From Gemmatimonadota bacterium (GTDB taxonomy: Bacteria > Gemmatimonadota > Gemmatimonadetes > Gemmatimonadales > GWC2-71-9): a stretch of 57,858 nt of DNA. Of the stretch, positions 18,050 through 26,419 are shown piece by piece; position 1 is the stretch's first letter; each line of letters begins with the position of its first letter. The notes below the pieces were generated by a model. The model did not search any database. It was not told where the DNA came from and saw only the letters and a program-made list of their open reading frames with translations. The position numbers and the translations under genes are program-made. The stretch spans positions 1 to 57,858 of the forward strand of contig JBDHDN010000002.1 of NCBI GenBank assembly GCA_039591485.1, written 5' to 3'.

Positions 18050-19270
18050 ATGAGCCGTCTGCACCTATCCGTCGCGGTCGGGCTCCAGACGCTGCAGCAG
18101 AGCCCGCTTCACACACTCCTTTCCACGCTGGGAATCGTGGTGGGTGTCGCGTCGCTCGTCGCGATCCTCTCGCTGGGGGACGGGCTCGAGCGGTTCGCGC
18201 GGGATCAGATCGAATCGACGACGGACCTACAGCTGATCACGGTGACACCGCGGACGACGCGGGAGATCGACGGCATCGCAGTTCAGCGACCCGACTACCC
18301 GCGGTTTTCACGCGCAGACGCGCTGGACCTCGGCGGTCAGCTCGGGGCAAATGCTGCCGTGGCGCTGGCGCAGCTGCGCGGCGCCCAGGTGAGGATCGAA
18401 GGCGACACCACGATCCACGGCGCCGTACTCGCGGCAACGACTCCCGAGGCCCTGACCGCGAGCGGAGACTCGCTGATCGCGGGGCGGTTCATCTCTGAAC
18501 CGGACGTCGTCGAGGGCACTCGCGTCGTCGTCCTGACCGCCGCGCTCGCCGATCGGCTCGTTGGGACGGGCACCGGTCTCGTGGGCAACGCGGTCGTGGT
18601 GAACGGCGAGCGCCACGACGTGGTGGGAATCGTTCACAACGCGCGCGGGCAGTCCGCGGTCGTCTACGCTCCGCTCGGCGTGCCCGCAATGGGACGGGAG
18701 ACGAATCCGGCACAATTGACCGTCCTGGCAGCGAAGGTGGAGGACGTACCGGGGTTGCAGGTCCGCGTGGAGCAATGGCTGCAGGGTCGGTACGGACCTG
18801 ATGAGGAAACATTCAGGGTCACGACAAACGCGTGGCGTGTGGAGCAGACACGGCGGGCCGTACTCCTGTTCAAGCTCGTGATGGGTACGATCACCGGCAT
18901 TGCGATCGTCGTCGGCGGGATCGGCGTGATGAACGTACTGCTCGTGTCGATCGCTCAGCGTACGCGGGAGATTGGCATTCGCCGCGCGAGCGGCGCGAGA
19001 CGGCGCGACGTGCTCGTGCAATTCCTCGTGGAGTCCGTGACCATTGCCGGCGCCGGAAGCCTCCTTGGGATCGTGCTCGGCTACGTCGCAATGCTCGCAT
19101 TCGTTCCCATTGCGCGACGGCTGACCGACGTGCCGTTCCAGACCGGGTTCAGCGTCAGCACCGTCGTCGTCGCCATGCTCGCCGCGATCGCAGTCGGAGT
19201 CGCGTTCGGCGCGTATCCCGCGTGGCGGGCATCGCACCTCGAGCCCGCGGAGGCCGTCCGGCATGAGTGA
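18050..19270 (+). CDS. ABC transporter permease, MacB/FtsX-like
   Basis: 406 aa. N-terminal TM, periplasmic MacB_PCD-like domain, C-terminal FtsX 3-TM bundle (REIGIRRASGARRRDVLVQFLVES). No ATPase gene adjacent. Confidence 0.85.
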   Translation: MSRLHLSVAVGLQTLQQSPLHTLLSTLGIVVGVASLVAILSLGDGLERFARDQIESTTDLQLITVTPRTTREIDGIAVQRPDYPRFSRADALDLGGQLGANAAVALAQLRGAQVRIEGDTTIHGAVLAATTPEALTASGDSLIAGRFISEPDVVEGTRVVVLTAALADRLVGTGTGLVGNAVVVNGERHDVVGIVHNARGQSAVVYAPLGVPAMGRETNPAQLTVLAAKVEDVPGLQVRVEQWLQGRYGPDEETFRVTTNAWRVEQTRRAVLLFKLVMGTITGIAIVVGGIGVMNVLLVSIAQRTREIGIRRASGARRRDVLVQFLVESVTIAGAGSLLGIVLGYVAMLAFVPIARRLTDVPFQTGFSVSTVVVAMLAAIAVGVAFGAYPAWRASHLEPAEAVRHE

Positions 19271-19309
19271 CCGATCGTGGGTTCGCCGATGAGCACCGGA
19301 GTAACCGGT

Positions 19310-19684
19310 ATGCACGCGGTGCTCGTGGGCACCGGAGGATTCGTCGGTGCAATCCTCCGATATGCGGTGAGCGGAATCGTGCAGCGCATGGCAGGCTCCT
19401 CGGACTTCCCGTACGGTACGCTGGCGGTGAACGTGTGCGGCTGTCTCGCCATCGGTTTCCTCGCCGGTGTCGCCGAGACGCGCCAGATCATCGATGCCGA
19501 AGCTCGGATATTCCTGCTGATCGGCGTGCTCGGCAGCTTCACCACGTTCTCGACCTTCGGTTATGAGACGCTAGCACTGCTCCGGGACGGTGCCTTGCTG
19601 CGCGCCGGCATGAACGTCACCCTTCAGGTGGGCCTCGGACTTGCCGCCGCCTGGAGCGGGCTGGTGTTCTCCAGACTCTGGTGA
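19310..19684 (+). CDS. crcB: fluoride channel CrcB/FluC
   Basis: GGFVGAILRY ... GTLAVNVCGCLAIG ... GSFTTFSTF motifs. ATG 19310 preferred; GTG 19277 is possible. Confidence 0.9.
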   Translation: MHAVLVGTGGFVGAILRYAVSGIVQRMAGSSDFPYGTLAVNVCGCLAIGFLAGVAETRQIIDAEARIFLLIGVLGSFTTFSTFGYETLALLRDGALLRAGMNVTLQVGLGLAAAWSGLVFSRLW

Positions 19685-19691
19685 GTGTCAG

Positions 19692-20033
19692 ATGATGCTT
19701 CCCCGTGAAGGCCACCTGCTCAGCATCTTCATCGGTGAGGACGACCGCCATCAGAGCCGCCCCCTGTACGAGTGGATCGTGCGAGCGGTGCGCGAGCACG
19801 GTCTCGCCGGAGCGACCGTGATCCGCGGTGTCGAGGGATTCGGCGCACAGAGCCTCCTGCACACGACGAAGATCCTCCGCCTGTCGACCGATCTCCCGGT
19901 CGTGGTCGAGATCGTCGATACCAAGGAGAAGATCGAGGCCTTCTTGCCCGTGGTGGACGAGGCGGTACGGGAAGGCCTCGCCACCGTGGAACCGGTCGAC
20001 ATTCGGTTCTACCGATCGTCCGAAACCGAGTAG
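19692..20033 (+). CDS. DUF190 domain protein (commonly crcB-associated)
   Basis: MMLPREGHLLSIFIGEDDRHQSRPLYEWIV...GATVIRGVEGFG. Start at 19692 inside ORF 19641..20033. Confidence 0.85.
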   Translation: MMLPREGHLLSIFIGEDDRHQSRPLYEWIVRAVREHGLAGATVIRGVEGFGAQSLLHTTKILRLSTDLPVVVEIVDTKEKIEAFLPVVDEAVREGLATVEPVDIRFYRSSETE

Positions 20034-20036
20034 GTC

Positions 20037-20525
20037 GTGTCGGACACTGCCGGGGAACGGGATGGCATCGTCGTCGCGCCCGCGTCACTCGGTGACGTGC
20101 TCAGCAATCTGAACCGACTACGTGACGCACCCGACCCGAACATGCGACGGGAAGTCGAGTCCCTTGCCGAGACCCTGTTCGGCGCCTCCCGACATCTCAT
20201 TGCGTACGGGAGCCTCGCCCCGGGTGCGCAGCACGAGGACGAGACGGTAGGGCTGACCGGCGAATGGCGCACCGGCTGGGTCACGGGAATGCTCGTCGAG
20301 CGTGGCTGGGGTGCCTCACTCGGGTATCCGGCGCTGGTCTGGCATCCCGCCGGCGAGCGCCGCGTTGCAGCGCACTTGCTCATCTCTGCCGATCTTCCGC
20401 TGCACTGGGAGCGGTTGGACACGTTCGAGGGCGAGGCGTATCGGCGGATCCTCGCGCCGTTCTACGACGAAGCGGGGTTCGTGGCAGTCGGCAACCTCTA
20501 CGAGGCCGTGCCCGCGTCCGCCTGA
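20037..20525 (+). CDS. gamma-glutamylcyclotransferase (GGCT/AIG2-like) family protein
   Basis: IAYGSL ... LDTFEGEAYRR motifs. GTG start 3 nt after the DUF190 stop. Confidence 0.7.
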   Translation: MSDTAGERDGIVVAPASLGDVLSNLNRLRDAPDPNMRREVESLAETLFGASRHLIAYGSLAPGAQHEDETVGLTGEWRTGWVTGMLVERGWGASLGYPALVWHPAGERRVAAHLLISADLPLHWERLDTFEGEAYRRILAPFYDEAGFVAVGNLYEAVPASA

Positions 20526-20563
20526 GCGCAGCGCGATGCGGTCAGCGCGGCAAGGAGCCTCCC

Positions 20564-20644
20564 GTGCGGTATGCCTTCATCCTCGCATCGTTCACGATGC
20601 TGCTCGCTGACCTTGGTGCCCTGGCGGCTTTCTCGGAGAGCTGA
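20564..20644 (+). CDS. candidate 26-aa hydrophobic mini-ORF (leader or coupling ORF)
   Basis: AAGGAG (20552-20557), 6-nt spacer, then GTG 20564. Encodes MRYAFILASFTMLLADLGALAAFSES. Its TGA (20642-20644) overlaps the CTG at 20641 that begins the conserved creatininase N-terminus. Confidence 0.3.
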   Translation: MRYAFILASFTMLLADLGALAAFSES

Positions 20645-20685
20645 CGTGGCCGGAAGCCGAGGAGCGAGTCCCGGCGGCACCGCTC

Positions 20686-21399
20686 GTGATCATTCCGTTC
20701 GGGGCTGGCGCCAAGGAACACGGTCCCCACCTACCGATGAACGCCGATCGCGTCGTGATGGACTACCTGCTGCGACAGGCCGTGGACTCGCTGCCCGTGC
20801 TCGTCGCGCCCCCGTTGCTGCACGGCTGGTTCCCGGCGTTTCGCGAGTTTCCCGGTACCGAGGTTGCCGACCCTGCAGCCTTTCAGACGTACCTGTCGGC
20901 CGTCGCCGAATCACTCGTGCGTCAGGGAGCGCGCAGGTTGGTCTTCCTCAACACCGGAGTCAGCCGGGCAACCGGGCTGCCAATCGCCATTGCTGCGCGG
21001 GAGATCCGCGTGCGCACTGGGACACCCACGCTGGTGGTCTCGTGGGACGATCTGGAAACGGACGAGGTCGCGGCCTTGACCGAGCAGTCCTCCGGCGGCC
21101 ATGCGGACGAGATCGAGACGTCGATTCACCTCGTGCTGCAGCCGAGTCTGGTCCGCCAGGACGCGATCCCCGGTGCCGCACCCACCGCGTCCCGACCCGA
21201 CATCCCAGGCTACCGCCCGGGTGTGTTCTCACGGCGGCGCGACGATCCCGCCTTCTCCGACTTGGGGTATAGTGGTGACCCGTCGCTCGCCAGTCCGGGG
21301 AAGGGAGAGCGGATCCTGGCGATCATGACGCGCGAGTGGCTCAGAGCACTGCGCGGGTTCGCAGAGACTCGCGTGCGCAGAGGGGGAAGCGGGAGCTAG
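20686..21399 (+). CDS. creatininase (creatinine amidohydrolase) family protein
   Basis: EHGPHLP, GGHADEIETS motifs. Family-like sequence (ELTWPEAEERV...) already starts at about 20638, upstream of the first GTG (20686), so the true start is uncertain. Confidence 0.8.
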   Translation: MIIPFGAGAKEHGPHLPMNADRVVMDYLLRQAVDSLPVLVAPPLLHGWFPAFREFPGTEVADPAAFQTYLSAVAESLVRQGARRLVFLNTGVSRATGLPIAIAAREIRVRTGTPTLVVSWDDLETDEVAALTEQSSGGHADEIETSIHLVLQPSLVRQDAIPGAAPTASRPDIPGYRPGVFSRRRDDPAFSDLGYSGDPSLASPGKGERILAIMTREWLRALRGFAETRVRRGGSGS

Positions 21400-21460
21400 C
21401 CTTCCGCGCCCGAGCGGGTGTACCGTTGATGCACCATCACGAACGGCGGAGGACGACGAG

Positions 21461-22195
21461 ATGAACACGGACCGCATCAGCGGCGCTGGACTCCTACTCG
21501 CGATCGGTGTGGCAGTAGGGGGCTGGCTGATCGGACGCGGCTTCGAGGAGGGACGGCGCGCGGACCGCTTCGTCACGGTGAAGGGCCTCGCTGAACGCGA
21601 GGTAAAGGCGGACCTCGCGCTGTGGCCGCTGCGGCTCGTCGTCGGCGACAACGACCTCGTCCGTGCGCAAGCGACGTTGGCGCGCAATACCGGCGAGATC
21701 ATGAGTTTTCTTTCCCTACACGGAATCGACACCGTGCAGGCGGAGTTGCAGGGCATCCGCGTCGTGGACGCCTTTGCACAGCCATACGGTGGAAACGCCA
21801 ACGCGCCGAATCGATTCGTCATCACCCAGACCGTGATGGTTCGCTCGAGCGACTCCGACGCCATCTTTGCGGCGAGTCAAAACGTTGGCCAGTTGGTCGA
21901 AGCCGGTGTCGTGTTCTCGTCGGGTGAGGAGTGGGGTCCCGGAGGACCGACGTTCGTCTTCACGCGGCTCAACGACCTCAAGCCCGAGATGATTGCGGAG
22001 GCAACGGCGAGTGCGCGCGAGGCAGCCCAGCAGTTCGCCAACGACTCCGAGAGCGAGCTGGGCGGCATCCGCCGGGCGAGCCAGGGTGTCTTCGTGATCC
22101 TCCCACGGGACCAGGCGCCCGGGATCCAGGAACAGAACCAGCTGTACAAAACCGTCCGGGTGGTGTCGACGATCGAATACCTCTTGGAAGAATGA
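21461..22195 (+). CDS. SIMPL (DUF541) domain protein
   Basis: 244 aa. N-terminal TM, typical SIMPL pattern (FVTVKGLAEREVKADLA..., ...YKTVRVVSTIEYLLEE). Confidence 0.8.
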   Translation: MNTDRISGAGLLLAIGVAVGGWLIGRGFEEGRRADRFVTVKGLAEREVKADLALWPLRLVVGDNDLVRAQATLARNTGEIMSFLSLHGIDTVQAELQGIRVVDAFAQPYGGNANAPNRFVITQTVMVRSSDSDAIFAASQNVGQLVEAGVVFSSGEEWGPGGPTFVFTRLNDLKPEMIAEATASAREAAQQFANDSESELGGIRRASQGVFVILPRDQAPGIQEQNQLYKTVRVVSTIEYLLEE

Positions 22196-22779
22196 GGATG
22201 CTCTGCACCACCGCTCGGCGGTCGCTACTCGCCACAATCGCCGTGGCACTCACTGCGGGATCCGGCACTGCACAGGAATCGCCGTACGCGGGGCTCGAGG
22301 CGCGCGCCATCAAGGCGCTCTCGACCGCGGAGATCGCGGCCTACCTCGCCGGAGACGGGATGGGTCTCGCGCTTGCCGCCGAGTTGAACAACCTGCCTGG
22401 TCCCAGACATGTGCTCGACCTGGCCGATTCGCTCGGCCTATCGGCGGCTCAGCGTACCGCCGTCCAGGCGACGTTCGACACAATGCTCCGCCAGGCACGA
22501 GAGCTCGGTGGGGCAATCGTTGCCGCGGAGCGGGAGCTCGATGCGGCGTTCGCCGGGGCAAGCCTTGACCGTGAGGGACTCGAGGCACGCACGGCCCGGA
22601 TCGCCGAGCTGCGTGGCCGGCTCCGGTTCACGCACCTCGCCGCACACCTCGACCTGCGAGGGGTGCTCACACAGGAACAGACCGAGAGTTACCGTCGGCT
22701 TCGTGGATACGCATCCTCGCCCGGCGCTTCTCATCAGCACGATCCGGCCCACCGGCATCCGGGGCCGTCGAACCGATGA
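22192..22779 (+). CDS. periplasmic Spy/CpxP-like (LTXXQ motif) protein
   Basis: Signal MRMLCTTARRSLLATIAVALTAGSGTAQ. LSAAQ and LTQEQ motifs. ATGA overlap with the SIMPL stop. Confidence 0.65.
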   Translation: MRMLCTTARRSLLATIAVALTAGSGTAQESPYAGLEARAIKALSTAEIAAYLAGDGMGLALAAELNNLPGPRHVLDLADSLGLSAAQRTAVQATFDTMLRQARELGGAIVAAERELDAAFAGASLDREGLEARTARIAELRGRLRFTHLAAHLDLRGVLTQEQTESYRRLRGYASSPGASHQHDPAHRHPGPSNR

Positions 22780-24311
22780 GGCCGGTGTGGACCGCCGCCG
22801 TGATCGGTGCGCTGGGCCTGGCAGCCCCTCCCGGCGGGGCAAGCGGTCAGCCGGACGGTCTCGCCATCGCTCGTGCCTTCCGCGAAGCCCACGGGTCACG
22901 GATCCTCCGCGATTTCGCCGGTCTCCTTGCCGTCCCCAACGTTGCCGCCGACTCGGCCGGCATCTCCCGCAACGCAGTGCTCATCGCTGAGCGGCTCCGT
23001 GCGCGGGGCGCGTCGGTCGAAGTGCTGACCTTGCCAGGTGCGGCCCCTCTCGTGTTTGCGGAGCTCAGGGTCCCGGGAGCCGCGCGTACGCTGGGGCTGT
23101 ATGCGCACTATGACGGGCAGCCGGTCGATTCAGCGTACTGGACGAACGATCCCTGGACGCCAACACTCTACACGGCGGCCATGGAGGCGGGAGGGAGCGC
23201 CCGACCGCTCCCCGAGGCGGGTGAGCCCATCGACCCGGAGTGGCGCGTCTACGCACGCTCGGCGGGCGACGACAAGGCCCCGATCGCCGCGTTGCTCGCC
23301 GTCCTCGAGGCTCTCGAACAGAGCGATGCACCGCCGACGTCCAACGTGGTGATCTTCCTCGACGGGGAGGAAGAGGCAGGATCCCCGCACCTGGGCACGT
23401 ACTTGGACCTCCGGAACGATCGCCTGGCAGACGTCGATGCCTGGCTGTTCCTCGACGGTCCCGTTCACCAGAGTGGTCGTCCACAGATCGCCTTCGGAGC
23501 GCGCGGGGTCACGGGGATGCAAGTGACGGTCTACGGGGCCCTGCGGTCGCTGCACAGCGGTCACTACGGTGGCTGGGCACCGGTACCGGGCCAGATGCTC
23601 GCCGAGCTCTTGGCAACCATGAAAGACTCGGCGGGCACGGTACTCGTAGACGGGTTCTACGACTCCGCAGAGCCGGTCGGTGCCGCCGAGTGGGAGGCAA
23701 TTGCCCGCCTTCCAGCTTGGGACCGAGAGCTGATGGAGGAACTCGGCCTCCTCTGGACAGAGGGGGCGCCCGCCTCCCTCGCAGAGCGGTTGCTTCTGCC
23801 GTCACTCACCGTGCGCGGGCTCGCCAGCGGCACGGTCGGTGCGCGCACTCGCAACGTGATTCCGTCGACCGCCACGGCGGCACTTGGCGTCCGGCTCGTC
23901 AAGGGTAATGAGCCCGACACGATGCTCGATCTGCTCGAGGCGCACATCCGCCGGCAAGGCTACCATGTCGTTCGCGACGAGCCCGACCTGAGTGCCCGCT
24001 TCCAGTACCCTCGAATCGCAAAGGTCGAGCGTGAGCACGGCTACCGTGCGGTGCGCACGCCGATGGAGGGTCCGGTGGTCTCGGATCTCGTCCGAGCGGC
24101 CGGTCGTGCTGCGATGGGTGATCTCGTGCTGTTGCCTACGCTGGGGGGCTCGCTCCCGCTCTATCTGTTCACCGATCGATTCGACGCGCCGGTGCTCGTC
24201 GTGCCGATCGCCAATCATGACAACAATCAGCACGCTCCGGACGAGAACCTGCGCGTTGGAAACCTGTGGTACGGCGTGGACCTCTACGGCGCCATACTCA
24301 CGATGCCCTGA
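22776..24311 (+). CDS. M20 family dipeptidase/peptidase
   Basis: LYAHYDGQPVD, SAGDDKAPIAALL, EEEAGSPHL motifs. Signal peptide. ATGA overlap with the upstream gene. Confidence 0.85.
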   Translation: MRPVWTAAVIGALGLAAPPGGASGQPDGLAIARAFREAHGSRILRDFAGLLAVPNVAADSAGISRNAVLIAERLRARGASVEVLTLPGAAPLVFAELRVPGAARTLGLYAHYDGQPVDSAYWTNDPWTPTLYTAAMEAGGSARPLPEAGEPIDPEWRVYARSAGDDKAPIAALLAVLEALEQSDAPPTSNVVIFLDGEEEAGSPHLGTYLDLRNDRLADVDAWLFLDGPVHQSGRPQIAFGARGVTGMQVTVYGALRSLHSGHYGGWAPVPGQMLAELLATMKDSAGTVLVDGFYDSAEPVGAAEWEAIARLPAWDRELMEELGLLWTEGAPASLAERLLLPSLTVRGLASGTVGARTRNVIPSTATAALGVRLVKGNEPDTMLDLLEAHIRRQGYHVVRDEPDLSARFQYPRIAKVEREHGYRAVRTPMEGPVVSDLVRAAGRAAMGDLVLLPTLGGSLPLYLFTDRFDAPVLVVPIANHDNNQHAPDENLRVGNLWYGVDLYGAILTMP

Positions 24312-24326
24312 GCGGAGGGAACGTCA

Positions 24327-24554
24327 GTGGCCAGGTCACAATTGTGGGAGGTCGTTGCCACGTTTGGCGCGCTCTACGAGGCCGAGATGGCCGCGGGACG
24401 ACTCGCCAGCGCCGGGATCGAGTCACGTATCGACCAGCGTGGGGCAGTCGGGCTCTTCGGTCCCGGCCATCAGGGACGCAGCATTCGGGGCATCGCGCTG
24501 CTCGTGCCGGCTGATCGTCTCGGATCCGCGCGGGACGCCCTCGACATCGAGTAG
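24327..24554 (+). CDS. DUF2007-type putative signal-transducing protein
   Basis: 75 aa, ...FGALYEAEMAAGRLASAGIES... GTG start with GGAGGGA RBS. Confidence 0.65.
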   Translation: MARSQLWEVVATFGALYEAEMAAGRLASAGIESRIDQRGAVGLFGPGHQGRSIRGIALLVPADRLGSARDALDIE

Positions 24555-24563
24555 GGAGACTGC

Positions 24564-25067
24564 ATGGCAACCCTCGTCATCCGGCCGGGTGAAGCGCGCG
24601 ATCTCGACGAGATCGTGCGCATCCTGAACCACTATATCGAAACCTCGCACGTGACCTTCGACACGGTGCCATTCGATCACGAGGCGCGCCGACCGTGGTT
24701 CGAGCAGTTCGACACGGCCGGCCGCTATCGGCTGCTGATCGCCGAGGATGGTCCGGCCATCGTGGGATACGCTGCGAGCACCGCCCTGCGCCCGAAGGCG
24801 GCATACCTTCCATCCGTCGAGACGAGCATCTACCTCGACCCCGATCACACGGGACGCGGCATCGGGATTCGGCTCTACCGCGCACTGCTCGACGCGCTCG
24901 GCGGCGAAGATGTCCATCGCGCCTATGCGGGAATCGCCCTGCCCAATCCCGGGTCCGTTGCGCTGCACGAGGCCCTCGGCTTCCACCATATCGGCACGTT
25001 CGACGAGGCGGGGCGCAAGTTCGATCGCTACTGGAGCATCGGATGGTGGGAGCGACGCTTCTCCTGA
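24564..25067 (+). CDS. GNAT family N-acetyltransferase (phosphinothricin acetyltransferase-like)
   Basis: IRPGEARDLDEIVRILNHYI..., acetyl-CoA motif TGRGIGIRLYRALL, ...GFHHIGTFDEAGRKFDRYW. Confidence 0.85.
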   Translation: MATLVIRPGEARDLDEIVRILNHYIETSHVTFDTVPFDHEARRPWFEQFDTAGRYRLLIAEDGPAIVGYAASTALRPKAAYLPSVETSIYLDPDHTGRGIGIRLYRALLDALGGEDVHRAYAGIALPNPGSVALHEALGFHHIGTFDEAGRKFDRYWSIGWWERRFS

Positions 25068-25101
25068 TGCTCGCGTCCGATCCTCTCCATCAAGGAGTCC
25101 C

Positions 25102-25296
25102 ATGCCCGACACCTCTCGTGCCTGCATCGCGTGCGACCGCCCTGACGCGGAGGTCCCGCTCGTCCACCTCCACTATCGCGGTGCGGACCTCTGGATCTGC
25201 CCGCAGCATTTGCCGGTGCTGATTCACGACCCCGCCCGACTCGCGGCCCAGCTGCCTGGCGCCGAAGACCTGCGACCAGCCGACCATCACGACTGA
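25102..25296 (+). CDS. small CxxC/CPxH (zinc-ribbon-like) hypothetical protein
   Basis: AAGGAG RBS at 25092-25097, then ATG 25102. MPDTSRACIACDRPDAEVPLVHLHYRGADLWICPQHLPVLIHDP... It is the tail of a longer spurious ORF. Confidence 0.6.
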   Translation: MPDTSRACIACDRPDAEVPLVHLHYRGADLWICPQHLPVLIHDPARLAAQLPGAEDLRPADHHD

Positions 25297-25503
25297 TGGC
25301 CTGCTGCGCGGCTCCAGAGCGTGAAGGTGCATCGGCAGGCCAAGGTCCATCGCGGGCACGCTGATCCTCGACGGGTGCTTTTCGACGCCCGGCGTTCTTG
25401 CCACCGAGCTCGGGACCGGTCCCATCCATAGAGACCGACCGCTCTACGTAGCGCGTGCGAGTACTATACTAGGTGCGAGGGTCGAGTCCCTGGAGGGCAT
25501 CCG

Positions 25504-25800
25504 GTGGGAGAGACCGGCGACACGCGAACACCGCTGCTGCCGATGCGCCGCGAGCGCTTGCTGCGCGAGCTGCGGAATCTCGAGGTGCAGAGCGAAGCGG
25601 ACCGTCGCTGGCACGGGGTCGTTCGACGCGCCGTGCTGAAAGCGGCTGCCTGGTACGCGCTGGGCCTGTATCTCATCGGATGGTCTTGGCACACAACGAA
25701 CGTCGAGCTTGCACACTACCTGTACGCCGCGGGCATGTACACGTGCGTCTTGGGCCACACCTTCACGGCCGTCAAGTTCTGGCTGGACGAGCTGCGGTGA
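25504..25800 (+). CDS. hypothetical two-TM membrane protein
   Basis: GTG start preceded by GGAGGG. Two hydrophobic helices (AAAWYALGLYLIGWSW; YLYAAGMYTCVLGHTFTAV). Confidence 0.55.
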   Translation: MGETGDTRTPLLPMRRERLLRELRNLEVQSEADRRWHGVVRRAVLKAAAWYALGLYLIGWSWHTTNVELAHYLYAAGMYTCVLGHTFTAVKFWLDELR

Positions 25801-25837
25801 CCTCCCCCGCAGCTGCCCTGCGCCTCTCCAATCACCG

Positions 25838-26419
25838 ATGGATGATCACCCAGCGCTCATGCTCCGCCTGATGCTACGTATTTCTCTCATGGTCATCGGG
25901 GTGGCCTGGCCGGCCTCGCTTGCCGCACAAGCCGAGACACCCGAGGACGTCGCGCGGCAGTATTTCGTTGCGATGCGGTCGGAGGATGCTGCGGCCCTTG
26001 CCCGGGTAACGCATCCCGCGGCACTTACGGAGCTGCGGGAGCTGCTCGCTCCGCTCTTCGCTTCCACGCTTCCCGAGGCAGACGAGTTCCGGCAGCGTCT
26101 GCTGGGGGTCAGGACGGTGCCGGAAGCTCGTGCCCTTTCCGACACTACGGTGTTCGCGAACTTCATCCGTGCACTCGGTGGCCAACTCCCAGTCTTCACC
26201 GAAGCTCTGCGGAGCTCGTCCATGGAGCCGGTCGGCCATGTCAAGGAGGGATCGGACACGGCGCACGTCGTGTACCGAGTCGAGATCCCACTCGAAGGCA
26301 TCACGATCGAGCGCATGGCCGTCCTCAGCCTCGGGCGGCAGGGTGAAACCTGGCGTGCCCTGCTGAGCGGCGATTACTCGGAGCTTGCGAGGGTGTTGCG
26401 GGAGGCGCTCGGTGGTTGA
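25838..26419 (+). CDS. hypothetical secreted protein
   Basis: Signal ...MLRISLMVIGVAWPASLAAQAE. Coding-like composition. Start ambiguous between several Met codons. Confidence 0.55.
   Translation: MDDHPALMLRLMLRISLMVIGVAWPASLAAQAETPEDVARQYFVAMRSEDAAALARVTHPAALTELRELLAPLFASTLPEADEFRQRLLGVRTVPEARALSDTTVFANFIRALGGQLPVFTEALRSSSMEPVGHVKEGSDTAHVVYRVEIPLEGITIERMAVLSLGRQGETWRALLSGDYSELARVLREALGG

Noticed and set aside
19230-19320. Expected fluoride (crcB-motif) riboswitch upstream of crcB
   Set aside because: No recognisable conserved core. Only 6-39 nt separate the upstream permease stop from the crcB start. A covariance-model scan would be needed for certainty.
25477-25493. tRNA T-arm-like sequence gagggtcgagtccctgg
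   Set aside because: It resembles GGTTCGAGTCC, but the stem is only 4 bp and the loop lacks the TTC start. No acceptor, D or anticodon arms can be built from the flanks. It is probably chance or part of the RBS region of the 25504 gene.
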